A DNA stretch of 64,000 nucleotides from sequence record MK047718.1; one strand, 5' to 3'. Made by a program: the position numbers and the translations under genes. Shown here piece by piece: positions 41,370 to 51,774 of the stretch. Origin of the DNA: Escherichia phage p000y. Under the pieces are notes generated by a model that worked only from the letters and a program-made list of their open reading frames with translations, made no database searches and had not been told where the DNA came from. The stretch's first letter is position 1; each line of letters opens with the position of its first letter.

Positions 41370-41663
41370 ATGAAATCTATGCTTCGCTTTAATGGTCAAG
41401 AACTAGTAGTTGAAGATGCTATCCCAGCGGATGATGTTTTTAACGAAGCTGTGATTGACGAATTGAATCGAGTATTCCCAGGTGCATTCCATATTGCTAT
41501 GGAACCTCTTAAAAACTTTCGTGACCCTGAACACACTGATCAAATTTTTATCGGTGTACTGACAGGTCATTTAGAAACAGAGGTACCAATGGTCGTATTA
41601 GTTAAATACTCTAAAGATGATACTCCATTCCGAGCACCAGCATTCCTTTCATTCCGTAAATAA
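41370..41663 (+). CDS. Hypothetical protein (97 aa)
   Basis: Trimmed to ATG with RBS GAGGAAA. Confidence 0.55.
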   Translation: MKSMLRFNGQELVVEDAIPADDVFNEAVIDELNRVFPGAFHIAMEPLKNFRDPEHTDQIFIGVLTGHLETEVPMVVLVKYSKDDTPFRAPAFLSFRK

Positions 41664-41672
41664 ACCCCTAAA

Positions 41673-41694
41673 GGGAGACGTTGTCTCCCTTTTT
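41673..41694 (+). terminator. Terminator GGGAGAC-GTTG-TCTCCC + TTTTT
   Basis: Hairpin and T-run. Confidence 0.65.
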
Positions 41695-41695
41695 C

Positions 41696-42658
41696 TTATA
41701 GACCTAAAACTCTTGATGCAGAATTCACCACACCTGTCAAGGTGTTTATATTAGACACACCTCCGGCAGTCCCACCTAATCTAGAAAGTCTTGATACTGC
41801 ACTTCCTAGCCCAGAATCATTTTGATTATTCCCAAACATTCCTGAAACGCTACTAATAAGTCCTGATTCCAGCCATTCTAAAGCAGCCTGTCTATTTACA
41901 GCACCTGATTGCATAACGCGATAAGCAAATGTTACGTCAAAAACTGTTATCTGATTATCACCATCATACGTTAACTCAGGAGAAGAGACACTAACAGGAA
42001 TACATCCAGTGAACATGACGGCGGTATGTGGTAAACCATTTCGTGCATGTAAATTAACCTGAATATCTGCTTCGACGTCTTGTGGTAAAGCACGAAGACC
42101 TGTTACAGGGTCTTGGACTGAGTTTACCCAGTCTTGCATTGCTCTAAAGTTAGATGCTTCGGAATCCATTCTAAAGCTTATTACTAACGGGTCCATTTCA
42201 CGTCCGGTAATTCGGATGTTCGGGGAGTTATAGTTGAAATCTGTTTCATACGATAATCGGTTCTCAGGCATTTTTACAGAATAAATCATTAAACCTGTAT
42301 TATTATATGCCATATTGAAGAAGTCTATCAGATAAGCTCCTACCGTGAACTCACCTAACAAGCTTTGTACCGTACGTTGGCTCATTGCTCCAATCAGATA
42401 TTTACTTATACCCGATTTTCGAATTAATTTCTGTGTTCCTGCTGTAATCAGGGTTGTTACGCCCTGATTGATATCACCTTGAGACAATCCTAACCAATCA
42501 GAATCCAACCCTAAGTTATTATAAGCAAAACTACCAATTGACGAAATTAGTGAAGATGATTTGGTCGATGGCGTAGTAGCAAATACACAACTAAACATAT
42601 TGTTTCGTTGGAAATCTGCGTTTATAGCTTGGTTATTAAATTCTTCTAAAGAGTACAT
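41696..42658 (-). CDS. 54: gp54 baseplate tail-tube initiator
   Basis: 320 aa; size and position as T4 gp54. Confidence 0.8.
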   Translation of the reverse strand: MYSLEEFNNQAINADFQRNNMFSCVFATTPSTKSSSLISSIGSFAYNNLGLDSDWLGLSQGDINQGVTTLITAGTQKLIRKSGISKYLIGAMSQRTVQSLLGEFTVGAYLIDFFNMAYNNTGLMIYSVKMPENRLSYETDFNYNSPNIRITGREMDPLVISFRMDSEASNFRAMQDWVNSVQDPVTGLRALPQDVEADIQVNLHARNGLPHTAVMFTGCIPVSVSSPELTYDGDNQITVFDVTFAYRVMQSGAVNRQAALEWLESGLISSVSGMFGNNQNDSGLGSAVSRLSRLGGTAGGVSNINTLTGVVNSASRVLGL

Positions 42659-43767
42659 TAGAAAGTCCCCGCATAAAGTGAAGAACGGTTTAATGTAATA
42701 ATTTCTCGCATTGTTATCTCTAACGTAAATGTTGACGGTAAGTTAGGAGCAACAGCGAGACCATTAAATTGTCCATTTGGAGTTTTATCAAAACGTACGC
42801 TTTGAATTTGGCATGGACCAAATACGTCAGTTAACCCGTCAAATTTAGATGTATAACCAAAGTTTTTAACCATCCAAATTGTAGGGTTGCTTACAACTAA
42901 TACGTTTGTTAATGACGCAGTAATCTTTTCAAACAATGTCTTATTTTTTACTGCATCATCTGGCGTCATAGGCTCAATAAACGTTGAACGGTACCATTCG
43001 TCTAAATAACTTTTAATCTCTTGGGCGTACTGTGATTTACCGGTCTCACCATATGAGAAATAGTTAAAATACTGGTAAATGTTTATAATAGCCATAAGGT
43101 CTTCAGTCGAACGTGGAGTTAAATCCCATGTAAAGACTTTAGTACGGTTCTCAGCACCGCCATACATACTACGAGAAGTCGTATAAATCTGTTCGTTATT
43201 ATCAGCCATAAGCCCTTGAGTAATAGAATCTAATGCACCAAAGACTGCAGTAGAAGCAATGTTACTTAAAACACCCGTAGCAGTACCTCCACCTTTAGTA
43301 ATAAGGCTATCACCGATATCATTAAAACGATGCGAAGTTGTATCAACGTCAGATTTGGAACGTGGCAAAAGTATATTAGCAACAGGAGTTTTATTTATAG
43401 TAGACTTATTAGCTCCGGCAGGAAGCAATCCATTTGAGAATTTAGTCACTGCATCTTTCACGTTATCAGTTAAATCTGATATGATACCATTAGATGAAGT
43501 CCCGGCGTATGCCGGACGTAAATTCCTGAGGGATCCTGAATCGCGTGCAGACATATTGTACGCGGTAAATAATAATCCATTCTTATAAAGGTCTGTTACC
43601 TGGAAGTCTCCTGTGGAGTCATTTCCGGCTGCTCTTCCTGTAGGAAATTGAGCAACATAAGTTTTAGTAGTTGTTTCGGTTTTAGTGCTTTGCCCAGCAC
43701 TTTCTGAGACTGGGATTGCTTTATTTAAATCCTTTGCATCTACTACTATTTCTTTTACACTAATCAT
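42658..43767 (-). CDS. 48: gp48 baseplate tail-tube cap
   Basis: 369 aa; size and position. Confidence 0.8.
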   Translation of the reverse strand: MISVKEIVVDAKDLNKAIPVSESAGQSTKTETTTKTYVAQFPTGRAAGNDSTGDFQVTDLYKNGLLFTAYNMSARDSGSLRNLRPAYAGTSSNGIISDLTDNVKDAVTKFSNGLLPAGANKSTINKTPVANILLPRSKSDVDTTSHRFNDIGDSLITKGGGTATGVLSNIASTAVFGALDSITQGLMADNNEQIYTTSRSMYGGAENRTKVFTWDLTPRSTEDLMAIINIYQYFNYFSYGETGKSQYAQEIKSYLDEWYRSTFIEPMTPDDAVKNKTLFEKITASLTNVLVVSNPTIWMVKNFGYTSKFDGLTDVFGPCQIQSVRFDKTPNGQFNGLAVAPNLPSTFTLEITMREIITLNRSSLYAGTF

Positions 43768-43775
43768 AATAATCC

Positions 43776-45548
43776 TTAATTAACACCGGTGGCATGGAAA
43801 ATTCCAGGAGCCGTTGTACTTGTTACAGGGGTCATATTCTGGACTACGGTATTCTTTTTGACGACATTATTTGTGTTACTAATCGCCGCTACCGGTTGCT
43901 GTTGTTTAGATTCAGAAGCACGTCCTTTCTCTATTGACTGAACTTGTTTTGCTTCCGGAGATTTAGTCGAAGATTCAGGCTTAACTGTTGTCTGAGCCTT
44001 TTTGGCTTCAGCCATTTTATTATTTAGCTTTTCAAATCTAGCATCTATTTCCTTTTTAACAACAGGAGTTTTATTAAGTTCAGGGTCTTTAATAAGTTTA
44101 CTTAAATCAGCATAAGACTTCTCGACGTTTTTAGCATTTTCCGGATTAGTCATATCGATTTTATCGATATAATCCTCAAATCTAACCAGTGCAGCACGAG
44201 TTTCATTCGCTTTTATGTACGCCTCTTTACGTTCCTCTTCAGGTAACTCTTTTAATTTTGCTGATTCCGCAGCGCGCTCATCACTTGTACTAAACTCTTC
44301 TTTATTGTCATTACCACGAACCCAGTTAGTAACGAATGTTTTGCCGCGTTGTAACATATCAAGACCTTTAGAAACGGTTCCTAATTCCCCATCGTCACGC
44401 TTCATTTGATATTTAGCGACTTTCTCTTGGTCTTCTTTCTTTAATTTGTTCCCAGTAGTTTCTTGGAATCCTTCTAAAGCACGTCCTTCTATTTCGTCTG
44501 CGGTATCACCAAAACCTATAGCACGCAATATAGACGCGGAGAGTTTAGCCATTCCTAATTGAATTAGTTCACCTAAGTTCATTAATGCTGTTCCTACACC
44601 TTTGACAATAGCAACAGTTAAACCACCCCAGTCTCCAGCTTCCCACAATTGTTTTATCGAGTCAATAGAAGTGAATATATCACTTAAGAATTTACCCCAC
44701 TCTTTAGCTTCATCGGAGAATTTAGTAAAGTTTTCATCAAATAAATCCCAGGCAGAAGTGAACTTGTCTGTCCAATATTTGAAATGGACTATCAATAAAT
44801 CAATACCGATAACAATGCCAAGAATAAGTGCGGCCATTTTTGCTGCTTCAATAGCAGCCGTTATAGTGTATTTGAAAAGCATTCCAGCAATTCTGTCTGA
44901 AATTGATATTGATTTATTAAACCCGGTTTGAACTGTTTTGGTGAGCATTGCAATTTTATCGCTCAATTTAAAGTTAATTCCGCCTTTAGAATCGGAAGTA
45001 GAATTAGCACTTTCTTGAACCGGGACCGGGAAGAAATCTTCGTCTGGCTTATTATCAATCTTTTCAGGTGTAGGTAATGCTTTAAACAACTCATCAGAAG
45101 TTTCGTTCTCAACCACTTTAACAGGTATCGCGTTCTCAATTACTTCAAGAGAGGTGCCTCCTGTATTTTGAATAGCGGTAGATGTTTGTAATTTTTGCTC
45201 TAATAATGTAGCTAATCGGTCCAACTTAGAGCTTATTGCACTAGAAACTTCGTTTATACTTTTAGTGACTTCAGTTTGTTTTTCAATAACTTCTGCGATA
45301 AGCTCTGTGCCTTCAGCAGTATTATCTGTAGAATTCTTTAAGTCTCCAATTGATTCAATAATTCCATTGCCTTTATCTTCTACACTTTGCGATGTGAGTT
45401 CAGACGCGGCTTGGACATCGTCTAGTTTTGATGAAATATCATTCAATGCTTCTAATGAATCGGTAGCTGCTGTTGCAGCTACTTTTTGTGGTTTATTATC
45501 GGCAATGACCTTATTTCTACGCATGGATTTCATTTCTTCAGGTTTCAT
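43776..45548 (-). CDS. 29: gp29 baseplate hub / tail length determinator
   Basis: 590 aa (T4 gp29 is 590 aa); position. Confidence 0.85.
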   Translation of the reverse strand: MKPEEMKSMRRNKVIADNKPQKVAATAATDSLEALNDISSKLDDVQAASELTSQSVEDKGNGIIESIGDLKNSTDNTAEGTELIAEVIEKQTEVTKSINEVSSAISSKLDRLATLLEQKLQTSTAIQNTGGTSLEVIENAIPVKVVENETSDELFKALPTPEKIDNKPDEDFFPVPVQESANSTSDSKGGINFKLSDKIAMLTKTVQTGFNKSISISDRIAGMLFKYTITAAIEAAKMAALILGIVIGIDLLIVHFKYWTDKFTSAWDLFDENFTKFSDEAKEWGKFLSDIFTSIDSIKQLWEAGDWGGLTVAIVKGVGTALMNLGELIQLGMAKLSASILRAIGFGDTADEIEGRALEGFQETTGNKLKKEDQEKVAKYQMKRDDGELGTVSKGLDMLQRGKTFVTNWVRGNDNKEEFSTSDERAAESAKLKELPEEERKEAYIKANETRAALVRFEDYIDKIDMTNPENAKNVEKSYADLSKLIKDPELNKTPVVKKEIDARFEKLNNKMAEAKKAQTTVKPESSTKSPEAKQVQSIEKGRASESKQQQPVAAISNTNNVVKKNTVVQNMTPVTSTTAPGIFHATGVN

Positions 45549-46078
45549 TCAAGCAATCCAATAATTTCTGCTATACCCTTAATAGGACCATTAGGGCCTG
45601 GAATAGCAATAGTTGTCGAAAGGTCTTCTGCCCATTTGATTACAAAAGCAGGCATCTCAAGGAAAGAAATTTCTTTCTCTTCGTCATTAACTTTTATTAA
45701 GCAATTTGATAGCATTTCACTGATTGTAGCGAATTGTTCAAATTTGCCTGGAGGTCTAAAATAAAAAGTATTGCCTTGGAATTGGAATTCTGTTCGTTGG
45801 CATACATAGACGTCATCTAGTTTATATGTGAATCCGTCTTTTTCAACTTCAGACTTAAGTTTGTTATTAAATTCCAATATATGTAGACATGCAAAATCAA
45901 AATCAGCAGGACTCATATTTTTACAAATAGAATCAGCTAAGATTTTCATGTTTTCATCAGGACCTTTAACGTCCTTTAAAAGATTATAATGTTTGAGCCC
46001 TAATTTGGGAATCATTACCTTTTTATTAGACTGTGGTAGAATTATTTTCTTTAGAGGTAGAATCAGATTTAAGTTCAT
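45545..46078 (-). CDS. 28: gp28 baseplate hub distal subunit
   Basis: 177 aa; overlaps gene 27 end; an alternative internal start at 46015 is possible. Confidence 0.7.
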   Translation of the reverse strand: MNLNLILPLKKIILPQSNKKVMIPKLGLKHYNLLKDVKGPDENMKILADSICKNMSPADFDFACLHILEFNNKLKSEVEKDGFTYKLDDVYVCQRTEFQFQGNTFYFRPPGKFEQFATISEMLSNCLIKVNDEEKEISFLEMPAFVIKWAEDLSTTIAIPGPNGPIKGIAEIIGLLE

Positions 46079-47198
46079 TTTTAACCTTAACTGGGTTAAC
46101 AGGTTCTAACACCATTGAGTTGGTAAACATGTACAGATGAGTTTGTGAGTTGTTATTTGATAACTCATGAATAACTTCATCCACGTAAAATTCGGATTTG
46201 AATTGGTTCTTTTGGTCAACGAATATAATTTTAGTAGCAGGCGTTATGTTAAAATTACCTGTAGTAGTGCATTTAGCATAACCGTCGTATTGAGCCATTG
46301 TCTGAAGACGACTTGCTTCTTCAAATCCATTACGGTAGGTCATTTCGGAATATCCGCCGGATCTTGACACAAGAATAGCATTATCGCCATCGCCAGTAAC
46401 AATAACCGGAATAGATGTATCTAAAAATGAATGAGCGAATATCGTGGCGTTTTTAATAGGGTCTCTTGTAAATTGGTTAGCTTTAGTCATCCAGGTGAAA
46501 TCCCATACTAATGGATACTCAAGCTCTTGAATATACTGACCTACAGTATTTGGCTCGCCTACAATCATCTTAATGCCTTCCTGACCAATAAGAGTATCAT
46601 AGTCAATCATGTTTACGCCTAAAATATCTTGCCATACGAATACGAACTTATCACTCGCTGTAGCAAGTCCTAATTCTCTGACATATGCCAAATAATCATC
46701 AAATGTGCTTGTCCAAGGAATATCAGGAACATAAGCATTAATAGTGTTTATTGGCGGAGTAATTAACGTACGGTCTTTGTATATGACACCTAGCATTTCA
46801 CGTATAGATTCGCCTGCGTCTGGGAAGAATGGTCGCCCAAATTTAAGGTTCTCTATAGAATGTATTGTTCCAAGCTCAATTGCAATAATATTGTCACCTT
46901 TTGAGTCCACAGACACAGAATAATGTCTACATCCGTAAATTCGAGTTCTAACTTGGAGAGGTGTGTTTGAATTTGAAACAGAGATTTGGACTATCTGTCT
47001 ACCATCCATTTTAGTGTGGATGTTTTTAGTGTCATAAAATTGAAGAATCCCTTCATTTCTTCCATATAGTGAATCTCGCATGGTTAAAGTTGTTATTGTT
47101 GCCGCGAGTTCAACGTATCTATTTTCTTGCCAAGCCGAATAATCTTGATATAATTTAACGCTTAAGTTAGGATATCCTGGACGTTGGAATACTGTCAT
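46026..47198 (-). CDS. 27: gp27 baseplate hub subunit
   Basis: 390 aa; size and position. Confidence 0.85.
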   Translation of the reverse strand: MTVFQRPGYPNLSVKLYQDYSAWQENRYVELAATITTLTMRDSLYGRNEGILQFYDTKNIHTKMDGRQIVQISVSNSNTPLQVRTRIYGCRHYSVSVDSKGDNIIAIELGTIHSIENLKFGRPFFPDAGESIREMLGVIYKDRTLITPPINTINAYVPDIPWTSTFDDYLAYVRELGLATASDKFVFVWQDILGVNMIDYDTLIGQEGIKMIVGEPNTVGQYIQELEYPLVWDFTWMTKANQFTRDPIKNATIFAHSFLDTSIPVIVTGDGDNAILVSRSGGYSEMTYRNGFEEASRLQTMAQYDGYAKCTTTGNFNITPATKIIFVDQKNQFKSEFYVDEVIHELSNNNSQTHLYMFTNSMVLEPVNPVKVKNELKSDSTSKENNSTTV

Positions 47199-47947
47199 TT
47201 TTTATGGTCCTTTTCTACTAATGTTAAAGCAATACCACGTTCAACAGGAATCATTTGCATAATAGAATCCAATGTGTATTGACTCTTTACTAGTGAATGG
47301 TTTATCTGATAGAATGTAAAAATCTCATCAGGGTTAACTAACAATTTAAAAACCTCTAAGATATCAGTATATGTTTTAACATGGCGTTCACAACAACCTA
47401 ATCCAAGGGTCAAATTAATAGGGTTCATAGAAGCAATAACCTTCTCGAGAGAGTCAATGTCTATTGCTTCTATTACTTGGATTTGGTTCTCTTCAGTCAA
47501 ATCATTCCATGGGTACCATTCATCATTATAATATATTTCTTTTATGTTTTCACTTATCATTAATGCTTTATTGTCATAAAACTTTTCAGGGAAAGAAAAA
47601 CGTATTTTTATACCAGCAACATCAAGTTCAGGTTCGACTAGTTCTTTTTGATATATCTCAAATGGTGCAGTTTTTTCTTTAGAGCATTTAGGGCAAGTGA
47701 AAATAACGGGAACTTTTGTTTTGCCTATAGATCCTGCAAAAACTTGCAGGAATATAAATGGTTGCCATGTTTTAGGGTACTCGCCAAAATAATCATCAAT
47801 CAGATCGGCAATTATTTCTTTTTGTTCTTGCGGCGAACGATGTTCGATATCATTTCTAACTAGTAAAAAGTCTCTATAATCCGCCACAGTGAACGGCTTA
47901 AAACGATGAACACCATCCGGTAATTTACAACGAATTATATTAGCCAT
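47195..47947 (-). CDS. 51: gp51 baseplate hub assembly catalyst
   Basis: 250 aa; size and position. Confidence 0.8.
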   Translation of the reverse strand: MANIIRCKLPDGVHRFKPFTVADYRDFLLVRNDIEHRSPQEQKEIIADLIDDYFGEYPKTWQPFIFLQVFAGSIGKTKVPVIFTCPKCSKEKTAPFEIYQKELVEPELDVAGIKIRFSFPEKFYDNKALMISENIKEIYYNDEWYPWNDLTEENQIQVIEAIDIDSLEKVIASMNPINLTLGLGCCERHVKTYTDILEVFKLLVNPDEIFTFYQINHSLVKSQYTLDSIMQMIPVERGIALTLVEKDHKK

Positions 47948-47964
47948 AATTACTCCTTTTCTAT

Positions 47965-47976
47965 TATTTATAAATA
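47965..47976. promoter_or_regulatory. Overlapping divergent late promoters TATTTATAAATA (genes 51 and 26)
   Basis: TATTTATA (minus-strand TATAAATA) and TATAAATA share four nt in the 51/26 intergenic region. Confidence 0.6.
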
Positions 47977-47994
47977 CACAATAAAGGAGTTAAC

Positions 47995-48621
47995 ATGTAC
48001 AAATATACGTTTACCGTACGTTTAGGTGATAAAGAAGTGAATTGTAGGGCCTTTACTTTAAAAGAATATTTAGGGCTCATAGGTGCTCGGGCTACTGGTA
48101 CTATTGAATCAGCAGTGAACAATATTATCACTAATTGCTCTAATGCTAAAAACTTGACTAAACAAGAAGCCGAGCTATTGTTGGTAAATCTGTGGGCACA
48201 TTCATTAGGTGAAGTGAATCAAGAACACACCTGGAATTGTTCCTGTGGGCATTCATTTCAAGTCTATATGAATTTATTGCACACTCAATTAGATGAACAG
48301 GCCGATCCCTGGTATTCGTTCAGCGGTATTAAAATTAAGTTCCGTCAACCTAAATTATTTGATGATAAAAATATCGCATTAATGATTGCTTCATGTATTG
48401 AGGCTGTTTTTGTCAATGGAGAGTCCATCCCTGTTGAAGATTTAACTGAAGCAGAAATAAACGACCTTTACGGCCTTATAACAGAAGATGACATGATCAA
48501 TATTAAAAATCTTTTGGTGTCGCCATCAATTTATCTGGCAACCCCTATTAAATGTCCCAAATGTGGGGCGTCACACGTTCACACAATACGAGGCCTCAAA
48601 GAATTCTTTGAGTTACTATAA
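47995..48621 (+). CDS. 26: gp26 baseplate hub subunit
   Basis: 208 aa; size and position; RBS AAGGAG. Confidence 0.8.
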   Translation: MYKYTFTVRLGDKEVNCRAFTLKEYLGLIGARATGTIESAVNNIITNCSNAKNLTKQEAELLLVNLWAHSLGEVNQEHTWNCSCGHSFQVYMNLLHTQLDEQADPWYSFSGIKIKFRQPKLFDDKNIALMIASCIEAVFVNGESIPVEDLTEAEINDLYGLITEDDMINIKNLLVSPSIYLATPIKCPKCGASHVHTIRGLKEFFELL

Positions 48622-48623
48622 TG
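48590..48623 (+). promoter_or_regulatory. Split ribosome-binding site of gene 25: SD GAGG 27 nt from AUG with intervening hairpin CTCAAAG-AATT-CTTTGAG
   Basis: Perfect 7-bp stem and 4-nt loop between SD and ATG. Confidence 0.6.
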
Positions 48624-49019
48624 TCTAATATCAATAAACTTTATTCAGATATCGACCCAGAAATGCGTATGGATTGGAACAAGGACGTTGCTCGTTCTGT
48701 AGGACTTCGTTCTATTAAAAATAGTCTTCTTGGCATAGTGACAACTAGAAAAGGCTCACGCCCCTTCGACCCTGAATTTGGATGCGATTTGGTTGACGAA
48801 CTTTTCGAGAACATGACACCACTTACAGCCGATACGATTGAGCGTAATATCCAGGCAGCTGTTCGTAACTATGAGCCACGCATCGACAAACTTTCTGTAA
48901 GTGTAACGCCAGTATATGATGACTATACAGTTATAGTAGAGATTAGATTTTCAGTCGTAGACAACCCTGATGATATCGAACAAATCAAACTTCAGTTAGC
49001 ATCAAGCAATAGAGTGTAA
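48621..49019 (+). CDS. 25: gp25 baseplate wedge / sheath initiator
   Basis: 132 aa; size and position. Confidence 0.85.
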   Translation: MSNINKLYSDIDPEMRMDWNKDVARSVGLRSIKNSLLGIVTTRKGSRPFDPEFGCDLVDELFENMTPLTADTIERNIQAAVRNYEPRIDKLSVSVTPVYDDYTVIVEIRFSVVDNPDDIEQIKLQLASSNRV

Positions 49020-49099
49020 TGCTTCAAGGCAACCTATGTATAATGGTTTTAGGTCCTTCCGATACAGCCGGGAGATTATTAGTTAAAAGAGAGAACATT

Positions 49100-49513
49100 A
49101 TGAAGCTGGAAGATTTACAGGAAGAGTTAGACGCAGACTTAGCTATTGATACGACAAAGTTGCAATATGAGACGGCGAATAATGTTAAGTTATACAGCAA
49201 ATGGCTACGTAAGCACTCATTTATTCGTAAAGAAATGTTGCGTATAGAGACTCAGAAGAAAACTGCTCTAAAAGCAAGATTAGACTACTACTCGGGACGA
49301 GGTGACGGTGATGAATTCAGTATGGACCGATATGAGAAATCTGAAATGAAAACTGTCCTGGCCGCAGATAAAGATGTGCTTAAAATAGAGACTACTTTAC
49401 AATACTGGGGAATTTTACTTGAGTTCTGTAGTGGTGCACTTGACGCAGTTAAGTCTCGTAGTTTTGCACTTAAACATATCCAGGATATGCGAGAATTTGA
49501 AGCGGGGCAATAA
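49100..49513 (+). CDS. uvsY: UvsY recombination mediator
   Basis: 137 aa from ATG with RBS AAGAGAGAA; closely matches remembered T4 UvsY. Confidence 0.85.
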   Translation: MKLEDLQEELDADLAIDTTKLQYETANNVKLYSKWLRKHSFIRKEMLRIETQKKTALKARLDYYSGRGDGDEFSMDRYEKSEMKTVLAADKDVLKIETTLQYWGILLEFCSGALDAVKSRSFALKHIQDMREFEAGQ

Positions 49514-49737
49514 TGCGTTATTCAATTGAAGATGCCTTTAATAATGATGAAGAATTTGAAACAGAAATTAAATTCTTAATGGAAAAGTACCGTCTACGAC
49601 GTCAGGATATTCGTATCCTGGCAGACCACCCTTGTGGTGAAGACGTCCTTTATATTAAAGGGAAGTTTGCTGGGTACATCGACGAGTATTTTTATACAAA
49701 AGATATGGGTATAGATATGTGCACGCGAGTGGTATAA
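49513..49737 (+). CDS. Hypothetical protein (74 aa)
   Basis: ORF downstream of uvsY. Confidence 0.5.
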   Translation: MRYSIEDAFNNDEEFETEIKFLMEKYRLRRQDIRILADHPCGEDVLYIKGKFAGYIDEYFYTKDMGIDMCTRVV

Positions 49738-49769
49738 ATAGATATGTAATTTCAACTTAGGAGGCAATC

Positions 49770-49937
49770 ATGTCAGATAAGATTTGTGTTGTCTGTAAAA
49801 CTCCAATCGATTCTGCATTGGTTGTTGAAACAGACAAAGGTCCAGCACATCCTGGTCCTTGTTATAATTATGTACAACAATTGCCGGTTTCAGAAAGTTC
49901 AGAAGAGCAATTGAACGAAACCCAACTTTTACTATAG
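49770..49937 (+). CDS. Small Cys-containing protein (55 aa)
   Basis: Hand-translated MSDKICVVCKTPIDS...; strong RBS AGGAGG. Confidence 0.45.
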   Translation: MSDKICVVCKTPIDSALVVETDKGPAHPGPCYNYVQQLPVSESSEEQLNETQLLL

Positions 49938-49963
49938 TGTTACCTTTTTTGCCTATGGTTTTT

Positions 49964-49993
49964 GGCCCTTCCAAAAAGGTCGGGCCTTTTTTT
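49964..49993. terminator. Bidirectional terminator between convergent units (GGCCC ... GGGCC, T-runs both sides)
   Basis: Hairpin flanked by T-runs on both strands. Confidence 0.5.
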
Positions 49994-49995
49994 AA

Positions 49996-50229
49996 TTAGA
50001 AGTCTTCTTCCTCATCCTCATCATCGTCGCCTTCAAGTTCGGCACGCTTACCTGCTAAGGCATCCCTGACAGAAATATCGTCTGTATCTTTTAATTCCGT
50101 TTCTTTTATACGTTTCTTATAATAAGCTTCCAATTCTTCAAGCCCTTCTAAGGTATGACAACTAGCAATTTTACCCATGAATTCGTCAATAGATGCTTCG
50201 TATAAAAATTGTTTAAATTCAAGTACCAT
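49996..50229 (-). CDS. uvsW.1: UvsW.1-like small acidic protein
   Basis: 77 aa; directly downstream of uvsW as in T4. Confidence 0.6.
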   Translation of the reverse strand: MVLEFKQFLYEASIDEFMGKIASCHTLEGLEELEAYYKKRIKETELKDTDDISVRDALAGKRAELEGDDDEDEEEDF

Positions 50230-50254
50230 TTTTATCTCCTAAGGGCCGAAGCCC

Positions 50255-51769
50255 TTATAAATTAATTGTTTTCATTACATAGTTAAATTTCTCATCAGCG
50301 TAACGTTGGATACGATCAATACCGTGTTTTAACAAGTAATTAAGATGAGTATACTTCTTTTTAGTATTTAATGATTTAGGTTTTACACCTGCATCGTCGA
50401 TGAGATCCCAAACTGTAGCAACAGCTTTAGAACCATGCTTGCGAAGCACACGACCTACGGTTTGAAGTACGATAATTTTTGATTTAACACCATGAGCAAA
50501 AATAACATGATGAAGATTCTTTACTGAAATACCAGTAGAGAATACTCCATATGATGCGACAATAATAATGCCTTTACCATTTTCTGCCATGACTTTAAGC
50601 GCGTTACGTGTTTCAGTATCAACTTCACCTGATACGTAATAAACTTTTTCGTATCCAAGCTCTTTAATAGCTTCAAATATTTCTTTACCGTGTGTAACGT
50701 GTTTAAACATTACAAAGGCGTTCTCGTCTTTCTTGGCCAATTTGACTGAAAGTTGGGCAATCCACTTTGTACGTCGTTTTAGTCCGGTAATAATTTTAAC
50801 TTCTTCTTGGTATGTTTTACCTTTTAATTTAGTGGCGAATTCGTCCGGATAACGAAGGAAAATACTATTAATCTTAAGCTCAGTTACCTGTCCGTCTTCC
50901 ATTAATTTAGACGTGCTAACAGGACGGAAGATTTCGCCGAACATACCTACGTACTGCATTACATTGGCTTTTCCGTCTCTTAATGAGCCGGATAAACCGA
51001 ATTTAAACATGCAATTATTTAATCCTGAGATGATTGAAGAAATACTTTTGCCTGTTGCTAAGTGGCATTCATCGTTCATCATCATACCGAACTGAGAGAA
51101 CCATTCTTTAGGCTGCTTAACTACCGTTTGCCATGTGCCAACAATAATTGGAGCGTCGTTTTTAGATTTGTCTGCTTTATCAGCACCACCGCCAATTTTC
51201 TTAATCATCGAATGACTAAACAAGCGATAATCAACAAAATCATTAGCCATCTGGGTTGTCAATGCTGTTGTAGGGACGATAATGAGAATTTTACCTTCAT
51301 AGTTCTCTAGATAATATCGAGCTAAAAGTGCTTGGATTAGTGATTTACCTGCTGATGTCGGAAGGTTTAAAATTCGACGACGATTAACTAGTCCTTCATA
51401 TACTGCATCTTTTTGATACCAATGTGGTTCGATTTTGGAGTTGCCTGAATAAATTTCTTGTTTAGAAAGCCATGCGTCAAAATCTTCTCTGGTAAGGTCT
51501 TCGGTCTCAAAGATTTTAGGGTCAATCCATACAGAATAACTCATATTGCTACAGAACTTTTTTATTTGTCCTACAAGGCCATATGGTAACAAACGGTTGT
51601 AATCTAAAAGACGAATTCTACCATCCCAGTTCCCATATTTGTAACGCGGGTTGAATTTGTACCCATCGGCTTCAAAGCTAAAAAAGTCGCGTAATTCATA
51701 GAACACGCTTTCGTCGCATTCAATTCTTACATGGCTAAAATCATGAAAATGTACTTTAATATCTGTCAT
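50255..51769 (-). CDS. uvsW: UvsW DNA helicase (SF2)
   Basis: 504 aa; SF2 helicase motifs (LNLPTSAGKS Walker A, DECH box). Confidence 0.9.
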   Translation of the reverse strand: MTDIKVHFHDFSHVRIECDESVFYELRDFFSFEADGYKFNPRYKYGNWDGRIRLLDYNRLLPYGLVGQIKKFCSNMSYSVWIDPKIFETEDLTREDFDAWLSKQEIYSGNSKIEPHWYQKDAVYEGLVNRRRILNLPTSAGKSLIQALLARYYLENYEGKILIIVPTTALTTQMANDFVDYRLFSHSMIKKIGGGADKADKSKNDAPIIVGTWQTVVKQPKEWFSQFGMMMNDECHLATGKSISSIISGLNNCMFKFGLSGSLRDGKANVMQYVGMFGEIFRPVSTSKLMEDGQVTELKINSIFLRYPDEFATKLKGKTYQEEVKIITGLKRRTKWIAQLSVKLAKKDENAFVMFKHVTHGKEIFEAIKELGYEKVYYVSGEVDTETRNALKVMAENGKGIIIVASYGVFSTGISVKNLHHVIFAHGVKSKIIVLQTVGRVLRKHGSKAVATVWDLIDDAGVKPKSLNTKKKYTHLNYLLKHGIDRIQRYADEKFNYVMKTINL

Positions 51770-51774
51770 AATAA

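Noticed and set aside
50243-50254. Hairpin GGGCCGAAGCCC between uvsW and uvsW.1, considered as a terminator
   Set aside because: On the transcribed (minus) strand it is followed by the uvsW.1 ribosome-binding site rather than a T-run, so it is more likely an mRNA structure than an intrinsic terminator.
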